Part shown: positions 1-12,843 of the stretch, one piece after another | Numbering within the stretch: position 1 is the first letter of the stretch | How the letters are laid out: each line of letters opens with the position of its first letter | DNA from: Podarcis tiliguerta | Taxonomy: Eukaryota | DNA length: 64,000 bases | Reading direction: 5' to 3' (one strand) | Assembly: GCA_965153285.1 (NCBI GenBank) | Contig: OZ229118.1 | Program-made: the position numbers and the translations under genes | The notes under the pieces: generated by a model | The model's database searches: none | The model's input: only the letters and a program-made list of their open reading frames with translations | What the model was told of the DNA's origin: nothing

Positions 1-207
1 GATATGTCCCCAGTCCCCCAAAAAGTTGGGGACCCCATTATATAAATGAGCCAGTTCCATCCTCTCCCTTTCAATGCCACAGGGTGCTCCAAGTCATCAA
101 GTTGCTCTTAGTTCCAAACTACCTCCAGGAAGAGTCAGTACATTCCTGGGCAGCTGCCATTAGTGCTGGAGCAGTTGATAAATTTACATCCAGTATAGTC
201 CCATTAA

Positions 208-570
208 AGGTAAAGGTAAAGGTAAAGGGACCCTTGACCATTAGGTCCAGTCGTGACCAACTCTGGGGTTGCGGCGCTCATCTCGCTTTATTGGCCGAGG
301 GAGCCGGCATATAGCTTCCGGGTCATGTGGCCAGCATAACTAAGCCGCTTCTGGAGAACCAGAGCAGCACACGGAAATGCCTTTTACCTTCCCGTTGGAG
401 CTGTACCTATTTATCTACTTGCACTTTGACGTGCTTTCGAACTGCTAGGTTGGCAGCAGCAGGGACCGAGCAATGGGAGCTCACCCCGTCACGGGGATTC
501 GAACTGCTGACCTTCTGATCGGCAAGTCCTAGGCTCTGTGGTTTAACCCACAGTGCCACCCGCGTCCCAC
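208..570 (-). mobile_element. Sauria SINE (Squam1 type), full length
   Basis: GGGACGCGGGTGGCACTGTGG head, (ACCTTT)n tail, target-site duplication ATAGTCCCATTAA (195-207 / 571-583). Confidence 0.9.
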
Positions 571-1952
571 ATAGTCCCATTAACACATAGCAAAGACACT
601 TAATAACATGTGCATATTATATATGTTTATAGGCGTTCTTGTGTGTTTAAAGATGAGGAATCAGACCTCAAAATCTTCTATTTCCTCTTTGCAGGGCAAG
701 GAGCTTTCCTTGATCTGTTGCTGCAGATCCACTGAAGATCTTCTCTCCATTGTAGCCAATACCGCAGTGCCAGCACTCAACCCTTTTAGAGAATCAAATC
801 ACTAGCCCCTGGTCTGTTTTCAGCAAAGCTTGCCGCTAGATGCAGACATATTAATTGAAATACCAAAGGATGCTACAACGAGCCCGACATAGAAGCGCCT
901 CAATTTGCAGCATTCCTTTGGTTTCAAATAACTAGATGTGGATTAGATTAACAGACATTTAATAGGAGGAAACAATAGTGCTTTCTTTCAAATGAGGATT
1001 TAGAGAATGGTTCTAATCCTTAAAAAGCTTATGAATTTTACTGCAGTTCCACATTTAAAAGTTATTGTGGAAAATATCTGGGGCATCTTAACAGCTATAC
1101 GTACTTAATGCCCTAAGATTCTACACTTATTAGGATATCAATGGCTGTTGCTAGAGATGTTGTGGGGCTTTTCTTGTGGTTTCCACCACAGCCACTCCCA
1201 CCCCTCGAGAGATACCGGACTCGCTTGTGGCTCCTTCACTGGGTAGAGGGAAGGGGCAAGCAAAAACCGCCTCCCTGTGTGTGAGCCTATCCATTCTCCT
1301 CAGCGGAATGGCGATTTCAAAGGAGAGCCTCTCTGCCAAATTCATATGGTCACAGCAAAGACGCAGAAGAATTTTCCTTTCCCATAATGGGAATAGCTAA
1401 CAGCACTGCGCGACCCCAACACATGTGCACGTCAGTTTGCGCAATCTTTTGCACAAGCCAAATTAATTCCAGTTGAGAAGCAGGCAGCTCAAGGCTCCAG
1501 AGCGCAGAGCACAGCAGGCAGGCTGTCTATATGCAAAGAGAACCATATTATATCACTTTGGTAGGGGCAGCAGACAGCTGTAGCCACTCCCTACTATAAG
1601 CTATGAGGAGGAGCGAGGGAGTTTAGAGAAGGTTCCATCAGAACAACTGGTAGGTGGAATGATGTTTGTGTGTGTGCGTGTGCGCGCGCGAATGGAAAAG
1701 AAATATAACCATGCAGGCTAAACCTGCACATATTACTTGCAAGTAAGTCACACTGTGTTCCATGGGACTTAGGCCCAGGTTACTGTGCATTAGATTGCAG
1801 CCTTAGTATTTCAAATCCAGCCCTGTGTTTGGTTATTAGAACTACTCTATAACAGCAGAAGTTAGGAAACCATCACCTTACACTTTGTTTGTGGAAAAAG
1901 AAAAAGTTTTAAGAATTTTAGGCTGATTGTTTAATTGTTGTATGTTATATGT

Positions 1953-1988
1953 TTATCTATCATCTATCTATCTATCATCTATCTATCT
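1953..1988. repeat. (ATCT)n microsatellite
   Basis: Interrupted TATC/ATCT tandem. Confidence 0.85.
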
Positions 1989-3318
1989 AGGGTTGTATGT
2001 TCTACAGTGTTGCTCAGCTGATAGTAGGACTTCCTTCAGCATAACAAGGATTGATACAATTTCTGACAATCCTTTCCTCCCCCTTGTGGTCCCACATGCC
2101 CCTAGATGTGCTTGGGGGGTGGGAGTGGTCCCCCAAACCTCTGGAATAGATTTAAGGGAGTGGGAACTGCAGGAGAAGGGGGTGAGAATCATCAAAAATT
2201 ACTTCCCTCCCTGTTTTATTGATGGAAGCTTCACCATCAGTTGAGCGAAACTGCACACACAGTATTGGATACATTGCCAAAACACATTGCAGTATTTAAT
2301 ATTACAGAAAGAAGTTGGAAAGGCCAGAGCATGTTGACAATGATCAAAAAAGTTGTCTTTGTAATTCTTTGACCTGCAAAACCCCATGAAGGCACTGATG
2401 ACCAACTTTTGTACAAAGAGCTTTGCAGAATCTGGGTCTGTCTAGAGATGGAAAAGCAGCTAGATTTGCTAAAGCCAAAGTCTAGTCATTATTTCATAAC
2501 GCTTATTTGAAAAAGCCCCTTTGAGAATTGAGTCGATTTTGCCGTACTCTAGCTGCATGATAATAACTAGCAAGTGTTTTAGCAAAGTTAATCTTCTTCA
2601 TTATCCTAATCACTGTACTTGGGAGGAGATATCTTCACCAATATTCATAATAATTCAGTGAAAACTTTGCTGTGACTAGTCTTCATTTTCAAATGCCTGA
2701 ACCTTATTAAATAGATAAATTATCATCTTGTCAACACTCCCTTGTGGTGCTTGCTGCCTTTCCCCCGCAAAAGAACATTAGAGAAACATGCAGTTCCATA
2801 CTTAAAGACCACATAAAAGCAGGTTTGAAAATAGAATGCAGGAGAAAAAGCCATAATGTCTATACTTGACATTAAAACTGATCAAAAATACATTTTACAG
2901 CCTATGGGGGTGAGCGGGGAAATTACTGCAGCATTATAGCTCATCAGTTTAGGCAAACATTGCTCTCAAGTAACCTCTTTGAAAAGAAATTCCCCTCAGT
3001 GCTTATCCTAACTTAGCTTTGGCTTCTTTAAACGCTTTGGGCAACAATCATAACATCTTGGTACACACACGAGAAGGATGTGGATGTGGGACTGTTACAC
3101 ACATATCAGCACAGAACCTGTGTGCACATAGAGGTCTGTCCGTGTGTAGGAATTTTAGTAACATTTGAAGTGTCCTGTTCAAATCACCAAACCTTAACTC
3201 TTCCATTTCTTGTGAGACCCGTTCAGCTTTTTCCTACTTTGTGACCCAAAGGCTACAATGAGTAGGGCCAAACTACACAATCTGTTAACATAATAAAAAC
3301 CTTTCTGGATCACATCAA

Positions 3319-3672
3319 GGGCCCATGGGTGGCGCTGTGGTCTCAGCCACTGAGCCTCTTGGGCTTGCCGATCGGAAGGTCGGTGGTTCAAATTCCCGTG
3401 TGCGATGGGGTGAGCTCCTGTTGCTCTGTCCCAGCTTCTGCCAAGCTAGCAGTTCAAAAGCAAGCCAGTGCAAGCAGATAAATAGGTACTGCTGTGGCAG
3501 GAAGGTAAATGGCATTTCTGTGCGTCACGGTGTTCCGTTGTGCCAGAAGTCATGCTGGCCACATGACCCGGAAAGCTGTCTGTGGACAAACACTGGCTCC
3601 CTCGGCCTGAAAGCGAGATGAGCGCCACAACCCCATAGTCGCCTTTGACTGGACTTAACCCTCCAGGGGTCA
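3319..3672 (+). mobile_element. Sauria SINE, older copy
   Basis: Homologous to the 208-570 and 3949-4316 copies; tail degraded. Confidence 0.8.
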
Positions 3673-3948
3673 GAGCCAGTAACCAGGAGCTGAGTGCAGC
3701 CATGCTCTCCCTACCAGCACTGCACAGAAGTATACTGTCTCTGATGGTGGAGGTAGAACACCGGCCTCATGGCAGGTAGCCATGGATAGTCTCATCCTCC
3801 AGGAATTTATCTAATCTTTTTTAAAGCCAAGTTGGTGACCATCCCTTCTTTGTTGGACTGAACCCCAAAGTTTAACTATGCACTATGTGAAAGAGTATAT
3901 AAATTTTTTCCAGTTAGACCTTTTTAATGGACAGTTAACTTGCACAGA

Positions 3949-4316
3949 GAGGGACGCGGGTGGCGCTGTGGGTAAAACCTCACTGCCTAGGACTTGCCGA
4001 TTGTATGGTCGGCGGTTCGAATCCCCACGGCGGGGTGAGCTCCCATCGTTTGGTTCCAGCTCCTGCCCACCTAGCAGTTTGAAAGCACCCTTAAGTGCGA
4101 GTAGATAAATAGGTACCGCTTTATAGCCGGAAGGTAAACGGCATTACCGTGTGCTGCACTGGTGCTGGCTCGCCAGAGCAGCTTTGCCACGCTGGCCACG
4201 TGACCCGGAAGTGTCTCTGGACAGCGCTGGCCCCCGGCCTCTTAAGTGAGATGGGCGCACAACCCTAGAGTCAGACACGACTGGCCCGTACAGGCAGGGG
4301 TACCTTTACCTTTACC
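3949..4316 (+). mobile_element. Sauria SINE, full length
   Basis: GGGACGCGGGTGGCGCTGTGG head, ACCTTTACCTTTACC tail, TSD TAACTTGCACAGA (3936-3948 / 4317-4329). Confidence 0.9.
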
Positions 4317-6294
4317 TAACTTGCACAGAAGGTGGAACAGGGAGAGTCACACTTTCATCTGCCATCCTGAAGACCTTTCTGTGTATATCAAAAGCTTGCC
4401 AATATACTCACCTTTTCTCTCTCGTTTTTTTTACCAGTGTCCCAAATCACTTCTGATCCTATGCAAATGTTTTCTCTTCATTGTGTACAGGTTCAGTTCA
4501 CTTCAAACGAATTGTGTTTACATTTATGGGGAAGCTTCTGGTCTGCTAAGCATAATTTAATTTGAATAATTGCTATTAAGTGTTTTCCTTTATCACTTTG
4601 TAACTATTCTTTAGTTAGTACTCAGTAAAGCGTTTAAAGTGAAATTTTCCATCGTCACTTTCTTTCATTTTCCCCCTGCAAGGACATACTAATTTAGCAT
4701 AAAAGGGGATTTTCCTAATCAGCAAGAGAACAGATGGGTTTTTTTGTCCCTTTAGAAGACAACCGCAAAACATTTTTAAGACTTATTTGACTATTATGCA
4801 CCAGGATTCAGAGAGGTTTTGGGTATATATAATGACCTGGACTTTTTCTTTTTTCTTTTTCTTTAGCTTCTCAAAATGCAAACAGTAAAATGCAATTTAC
4901 TGTTAAACAACAAAGCAAGAATTTTACAAGAAATTGAGTCGAATTGTTGGCATAAACCAAGAGGTTTCCTCCATTTCTCCAAGCAGAGTCTAAGCCAGCA
5001 GAGGTTGTGGCATTAGGGCAAATAGGCCACAGCCCCACCAACCTCATTCTGCCAGCCAACTGCCCCCACCTGCCTGCCTTCTCAAAGTACGTACCGGTAG
5101 CTCTTCCTCTTCCTTAGTCTCAGTGTTGCCCATTGTAGAACTCAGCAGGGAGGAGGATCAGAACAAAACCAGAAGGAGCTATCTTTGCACATCATTTACT
5201 CCTGCTCCCCCTATTGTTGGTCTCCTTGCCTTCTGCCCTATCAGCCCCAGTAGACACCAGCACCACTGGTCTAAGCAAGACATCAAACCAGGGCTGGGCC
5301 AAGATATTTTTCTGGCTGTCCATTTCATGTACAGAAGCTAACCAGGCTGGCAGTTCAATTATTCAGCCTTAGCCAGTGGCCACCACAACACTTGAGGGCA
5401 GCAGGCTAGCTTAGGGGTGCAGGGCAAGCTGCGTGGTACCCACAGCTGTCTCCCAGTACCTACCTCCGTGCCCCACAGCATCTGCTGCCCAAGACAGATG
5501 CCTGACTCTACCTAATGGTAGGCCTGGCCCTGTGCTCACTTGATACTCCCAGAAAACACTATATTTCTACTCTGGCTAGCGAGGAAGCTGCTTTCTCTTC
5601 TCTATCAGTGCATGGTGTTTATGCTAGACAAGAGGGCCCTTCTAGCCAACCAGAGCGTGTCAACAGAGAAAGGGTAGTGCTAGCAAAGCTCTTCTCTGTC
5701 AGCAGTTGCAATTGATGCTGGCTGGTCGCACAGGTGCTTTTCCAACTGGCTAACCAGCATAAACAAGTATGCGCTGGGATGAGTTCTATCTAATACTGTG
5801 TGCCAACTGCAAATATTGCTTATTGTGTTTGGTGATAAGTCCTGCTTGATCCTTTAAACACAGGGGTGCATTCTCAAATTTGGTCGAGTTGCCAATACTG
5901 GCATGGTGATTTAACAGGGCTTTGGGTCAGTACAATCCAGTATATGGAATCCATGCCAGGCATAGGAGTCTGGAATGACAACGCAGCTTGGATCAGACCT
6001 GTATAATATTTATTTAAAAGGCTAACAATGTGGAATAAGAGAGCACAAGGAAAGAATTTATAAACAGCTTACTGGGCAATCTGTACCTCAAAAATTCTAC
6101 TCTTGCATTCTAGTTCTCAGGTATTTAATCTTCCAATATGAGTTGATTGTGTTGTTAAAAGCAGCTGCTTCAAAGTAGATACAAATTTTGTTCCTATCAA
6201 TGAGATGTGGAGAATAAATTTATTCCAAAGGAGAAAAGTTTGTGGTTTGCAGAAGTTAGAAATGTATCTTTTATGACCTAGTCAGTTCCTTATA

Positions 6295-6528
6295 CAGTGA
6301 TACCTCGGGTTACATACACTTCAGGTTACATACACTTCAGGTTACAGACTCCACTAACCCAGAAATAGTGCTTCAGGTTAAGAACTTTGCTTCAGGATGA
6401 GAACAGAAATCGTGCTCCGGAAGCAGCAGGAGGCCCCATTAGCTAAACTGATGCTTCAGGTTAAGAACAGTTTCAGGTCAAGTATGGACCTCCAGAACGA
6501 ATTAAGTACTTAACCTGAGGTACCACTG
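6295..6528. mobile_element. Tc1/mariner (Tigger-like) MITE
   Basis: TA|CAGTGATACCTCGGGTT ... AACCTGAGGTACCACTG|TA; second copy at 28372-28594. Confidence 0.8.
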
Positions 6529-9500
6529 TATGTGAAATTCTACTTTCGGCTCTTTCCCCCAGGTAACAAACCAGAAGTCACGGAAATCCGCCCAGTTCAA
6601 TTTGGGCATGCCAGCCAGGTCCCAGCTGGGAAGTGTCTGGCATGCCTGAACCTTGCACAAAGCAGGAATGAGCCTAGCACTTATAAACTGATGCACAGAG
6701 AATTCAATCCTGCTTTGCGCAGTAGTTCCCTGGACCCCAGCAGAACCCAAGTTTGTTAGGTGGGTGTTTCCACTCACCTTGTCAAAGGTTGCCTGCCAAC
6801 ATGAGATAAAAATCTGGCACACTGGGCCAAAATGGTTCCCCTCTTCAAGTTCTTTAAACATGATGCCACCACTGAGAAATCTCAGTCAATCCAGTTCTAA
6901 TCTTTACTTGTTCAGGCACAGGGATGAGTTTCAGGTAGATGAATCTAAACAGCAGATCCCATGCCATTATCACAAGTTGCAGAAGTCTGCAAAGTATGTT
7001 TTCCATGCCGTACAGTTGCTGCTGTTTCAACTTTTATTTCTCCAAGACCCTTTTTGACATGCAAAATACGTTGAATGGATCCAAGCCTCTCGCTATATTT
7101 ACATCAATTTAAGAAACATAAAACCCATTTCCCCTTCTGGAAAAAAAATGCATATTCCGGAGAGTGAACTCATTTCCTGCATTATTTACATTTAACCATG
7201 ACATGAGTCTGCACATGAACATAATAAATTAATTGGATTGAGTTCTGAAGAGAAACACATGCATGCTTCAGTAATTAAATTTTTATTTGTGATTAAGTTG
7301 CAGAGAATACACAATATTCATATTTTACTTAACACGCAAAATATTTAGTTTTGTTGCCCAATCTTCCATTAACAAATGATAACATCCCCACTCTAATCCG
7401 CACTGCATGTTTTCATAAACCGGAATCCTGTTTTGAAGCTTTATGATCCTAATCAGTCACATAAAACTTGCAATTATGTTACAAGAAATTGTTTTCTTTT
7501 CTTATAGTTATGTACAATATTAAAAACAAAACCCTTTTAAGTCATGTTGGTAGGAAAGGAAATTTTACACACTTAGAACAGTACATGCTACCAGATAAGA
7601 GGAAATTATAGGAGTTCTGATTCCAATTTGAAATACACTTAACAAGTTCTGGCTCTGAAGTAACATGGAGCTTTCTAAATTTCCACACTTGTATCAGTTA
7701 ACAAAAGAGCAAAACATACAAAATGTATTCCAGATTTGTTATCTGACAGAAACTGCTAAGCACAAAAACAGGCAAGAAAAATTATTAGAGCCAACAGCAT
7801 TGTTCTGTGCCAACACTTATTTCTATGGGATAACCAGCTTCATCTAACCAACATTCTTAAATCTAATTAATTACATGAAGGGGTTAATACCATACATGCC
7901 TGCCAGACTTAATCTAGAATTCTGGAAACAGGTAATCAAGTCTATTGTTCACCCTCAGTCTACATGTAGATCCAGTGTGTGAGCTCTGAGTTGCTGCCTC
8001 AAGCTGCATGGCTTTTACAAGCCGCTCAAGTTCCTAGACCAATAATTTAGGAACTTTTGCCACTTTGTAACTGAACAAAGTTTTACTGCCTGTGCAACTT
8101 TTCTGAAGCCCATGAATCTGACCTTTGAAGCGTTTGTAAGTAAACCATTTTTTAACATACCAAAAGTGAAGGTTTTTTTCTCCTATGCTGGAGGAAGAGG
8201 GAAACTTTGGAAACAAACTTTTAAGGGAACATTTTTGGAACTCACTTTAAAGGGCATATTTTAAAGGTCTAATAACCTTTATTTCCATACTTTATACTTT
8301 GCTGCATATTGTGATTTTAAATCTTTGCTGGGATACCAGAGTACTTACCCCAAATTTGGATCTTGGCATCTAAGAATTATTTATTTTGTCATTGCACCAA
8401 ATTTGTTGCTGGCTTAGCAGTCCCTTTGCCATATAGTGTTATCCTATTCATGTTTACTTAAAGTTTCTGCTGCATCTAATGGAGCTTATTTTCTTAGGTG
8501 TGTTTAGGAGTGCAGCCATAGGTGTTTCTAGAGGCATCCTTACCTGACAGTGATAATGGCTCTCCTGGCTGTGGTGCCAAACTATTGTCTGGGGAAATCA
8601 CTGTTCTAATCACCACCTTCCACAGTGTGAATGTAAATAAGATTGTTGAAAATACTAATTAAAAGTTCAAATAAGTAAGCATTGTTCTCCAACACCTGCT
8701 CTTTGCATTTCCTCCCTCAGGCCTATATCTGAGCCACTCAGTTCCTTGTGAAAGCAACTGCTGACATTTATAAAATTATTAAAATACGCAGGAATATTAT
8801 TTGCAGTTTCCTATTTGTCATGTTGCAAGGGCCAAAAGCTTTTCTGCTTCTAAAACTTAATGAAATGTGTGCAGACTTGTAATATTGAATGTACCCCTGG
8901 AGTCAGTAATCTTGACCATATGAAGCTTGTTTTAATACTGGCTTGGTTTAAAAAACGTTTTCAATCTGAAGGACAAAGAACAATTTATGGCACAGCAAGG
9001 CTGCCCAAGATTTTTATACCTCCTATTCTTTCTAAAGTATTATAGACTGAATTCATAAATGGTAACAGCTCTTCTATTATATGCCAACGGGACATCACTA
9101 ACTGTTGCTACGAGAGCTGTTACGATCTGCTACAGCCAACCAAACAGTACTCAAGGGAAAGCCCACTGAAATCTTGGGTACTGCTATCACTCCAAATTTC
9201 TATGGCCCAGAATTCTACTCCAGCCTCCAAAACACAATTGGCTGATTCTATAAATTGCTGTGCTGGCAGGGCAGATTTCTCTGACACTAGGCCTTTGTTG
9301 TTATGACTCACAATCTGATCCTGACAAACGTTATCAGGTTGTTTTATTAAAACGTGCCATGATGGCGCACCTGATCTTTCACATCTGACAGGTTTCATAA
9401 TTAAAGCTGTTTACAAAGTATTGGCAAATGTTGACATTTGCCCAAGGAACTAATTTGCTGCTCACCATCAAGATTGAGTTCCTGGTCTGCACTTTTCTAG

Positions 9501-10767
9501 CTTCTTTTAAGCTCAGTTCACCCCTACTGTTTGTTGGTCAGTTGCAGACTAACTATGGTAACTGCTGGGGCTTGTTTAGTGAGCCTTTTAGGAAAACCAA
9601 GCACAAAGATTTTGCCTGAGATCCAAGGACCAGATCAGGCTCTTGTTTCTGGAGCAGAGTCCCAACAGTGTGTAAAAGGTGGTTACTTTCTGAAGCACTA
9701 CCATATACTGACGTTCAACAAAGTACACCAGCCAAGCAGCAATTAATTGAATGCTCTAGTCTTTCCAACTGGAATACAACCAATTTTAGTTAAAAACTAG
9801 GTAGATTGCTCAACATATTACAAGCAATTGTTTCATAAAGTATATGAGAAACCATGTGCATAGCCATTACACTATTCTGCAAATCTTTGTGCTACAGGTT
9901 GTGCACATATGATGAAACCGGGAACTTAGAGCATACTGCACGTTTCCACAAGCAGAATATATTTTTATTCTGGTTTTTTCCTGACATAATGCTCTGATGA
10001 GAAATGTACAATAGCTCTTCCATGAGCAGATGTTATCGTGCACATACAGGAGAATCCAAATGGAGCTAACCAATTGAGCAGTTTTTCAAATTAGGTCCCT
10101 GGCTGATCTTATGGTGCAGCCATGGAGCTGTTTAATATGTTTTAATGAAACTTGCACACCACACCATAAATATGTCTATTTGGCATTAAACATCCTTAAT
10201 TGTATTAACCCAGGGAGTTGGCACTTACACCACTGTGAAGATTATGGGGAGAAAATTAAACGCTATTTCACGAGGTCAAACTTTTGTTTAAATTGCATCA
10301 TAATTACATTAACACACACTTGCAATACCTGTTAACTGTAACAGAACATTTTTTCCAAAATAGACAATTCATGTGTAAGTTAACACTAGCTTGTGGTTTT
10401 ATGGGACTTCAGTTGATAACAACCAATATTACAAACCAAGTATTTCACTGCCAATATTAAATTTCTATGTACACAAATATGTGTAATATATACTCATGTA
10501 AATGCTATTGGAACAGTGTAAGTGAAGATGTTGAAGATATCCAACCCATTTAAAAAAGTGTGCAAGACTGGAACAAAGCACCTAAATGGCACCTTGGGAG
10601 GGCTCTCCAAGTTGACGGCCAAACCCAAAGTGTTTTGTTGGCACACAGTGGTTTTTCTAGCAATTTGTTCCAATGCAGCCAACTTCCATCCTCTGAAAAG
10701 CTGTGCGCAAAGGTCACAAGAACCCCAAAGCAGCACTCAATGACACGTGCAGAACTGCAGTCAGAAA

Positions 10768-11976
10768 TAGGGCTGGGCGATAACTGGTTTTCAATATTGT
10801 GATATATCACCAGCTAAGCATGGCGATATACCAATATATCACAGTATCTGAAATAAGGAACTACGCAGAAGTGAACAGGACAATGTCCTGGCAACTGCTA
10901 CTACTTAGGGGCTAAAATGATATTATCAATCACCTCATGGTCACTTTCAGCAGCAGGCAAGCCAAAAGACATCCTAACAGGACTTTTGGTTTTGGGCTTG
11001 GCTACCAAAGAGTGGCAGCAGTAACAGCATTGGCCTGTGAGGCCTCACAGTGGTGACAGGATTTGGCAGCAGAAGTGGCAGTGGCCTACAAGTCCTCGTG
11101 GTGGACACCCGGGGGGGGGGGGGAGCCTTGCGGCAGTAACAGGTGACAGCAGTAGCAGCATCCTGCGAGGCCTTGCGGCGGCAACATAATATTGCAATAT
11201 TCTGGCAATGGTGATGGCAATAGTAGTGGCAGCCTGCGAGGCCTCATAGGCACACAAACATTGGGGCTTGCGAGGCCTCGCCACGGTGGCAAGAAGTGGC
11301 GGCAGCCTGCAAGTCCTCTTGAGGGTAGTGGGAGGAAGTGGCGGAAGCTGGCAGCCTGCCTCAGTGAGGCCTTGCAGGCCACCTCTGCTTCTGCCACTGC
11401 CTCCTGCCACCACTGCAAAGCCTCACAAGCCACTGTCATTGCAACTGCCATGACAAGACCATGCAGGCCATTGCCGCTTTTGCCACTACAAGGCCTTGCA
11501 GGCCACTACTGTCCCCACTACAAGACCTCAGAGGCTGCTGTTGCCTACTGCTGTGGCGAGGCTATGACTCATTGCTATGACTCATTGCTGTACTTTGGAT
11601 TGTCCTACATGCCACAATTTCGTAGCCAAGCCCCAAACCAAAAGTCCTATTGGGATGAATTTTGGCTTGCCTGCTGATGAAACTGACTTTGTGGTGATTG
11701 ATAATACTGTCATTTATCCGTTTTAGACCTCTTAAGTAGTAGCGGTTGCCTGGACATTGTCCTGTTCACCTCTGTATAATTCCATCCTTATTACAGACAT
11801 TGTGGTACACCGCAACCTTTAACTGGTGAGTTATCGTGATGGTGAAAACCAGGTATCACGTAGCCCTTACACACAATATGCTTCGCGATATATTGCCTGC
11901 TCAAATATGAAACAATTATCACGATGTGAGCTTCAAATCGGTTTTGGACCATATATTGATATATCGCCCAGCTCTA
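10768..11976. mobile_element. Non-autonomous hAT-type fold-back element
   Basis: TIR TAGGGCTGGGCGATA / TATCGCCCAGCTCTA, exact 8-bp TSD GTCAGAAA (10760-10767 / 11977-11984), about 250-bp inverted arms and a mirror-oriented GC-rich minisatellite core. Confidence 0.85.
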
Positions 11977-12333
11977 GTCAGAAAGTAAAATTGCTAAACC
12001 ATCGCATTGTAAGTGGAAGCATTTCCACTCACTCAGAAGACTCTTTTGATCTCAGCCAAAAAGCTTGTGTCGTTTCAGAGCTACTCTTCTACCTTGTCTG
12101 TGGAGTCTTAAAAAGAGTTGTGTTTTAAAAGTTTGACTAACAGAGAATCAAATAATAGACACTCATCAGAAAGCATTTTAAAGAGGTTGTTTCATTATTT
12201 TTTAAAGTAGGATTCTGACACGAGATGGTCAAAACCATTGCTCTGAAACAGAACCACACATACAACATATAAGAGCACAGTTCTGCATTTTAGTTGTTAA
12301 CGCCCAAGAACAAACTGGAAAAGAAATTTATAT

Positions 12334-12589
12334 TTTATTGCATTACAGCTCAGTGAAGTAGCACATTGTATTAAGGACATAAATCACTTTTACAATGGCT
12401 TTCCCCCCCAACAGTTTTACTATTTGGTGCCGTAGGATCAAGTACCAAACAGGAGTTTTGTTTTGTTTTTTTTCCTCGGGGGAAAGAAGAGGGATACAAG
12501 AGCAGGTGGGATTCACACCACCTTCTGCCCACATAGAATGACATGCACACACTGGGTGACTATGATCACCAGCACATTACCATTTTATT
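12334..12589 (-). terminator. PLRG1 candidate polyadenylation signals
   Basis: AATAAA on the minus strand at 12584-12589 and 12334-12339, downstream of the stop. Confidence 0.55.
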
Positions 12590-12783
12590 AAAAGAAACTT
12601 TCACTTCTTCAGATGTGTGTAACATCTGCAGCCGATTTCCTGGGATCAGAGAGAGGATAATATCCTAGAGGGAAGCCATATATAATATAAAAACTGCAAA
12701 CTAAACAAAGCAATGACTTGAGGAGAGTTCAGGCTTTGTAGTCAGAGTCAGGATTATGGCACAGCTATTCAGGTGGATTCTCA

Positions 12784-12843
12784 TTAAAATCGTTTTCGCT
12801 TGATGATTTCTGGTTTCCAGCTGACAGGATGAGTTTCTTCAGT
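12784..12843 (-). CDS. PLRG1: PLRG1 exon 15 (terminal coding)
   Basis: [19 protein letters not shown] (TAA TGA). Confidence 0.95.
   Translation of the reverse strand, partial: TEETHPVSWKPEIIKRKRF

Noticed and set aside
84-4560. Short ORFs similar to each other and to those at 36303 and 56026
   Set aside because: Translations of Sauria SINE copies, not a gene family.
6502-7057. Possible exon or ORF (MFKELEEGNHFG...) with a donor-like site
   Set aside because: No recognisable homology, stops upstream in the frames checked, and it runs into a MITE.
1-10000. DCHS2 coding exons expected from mammalian synteny
   Set aside because: No cadherin-like or signal-peptide ORF recognised in this interval.
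11045-11677. Overlapping 120-160 aa ORFs on both strands
   Set aside because: They arise from the GC-rich minisatellite core of the fold-back hAT element; low complexity, no transposase or other domain.
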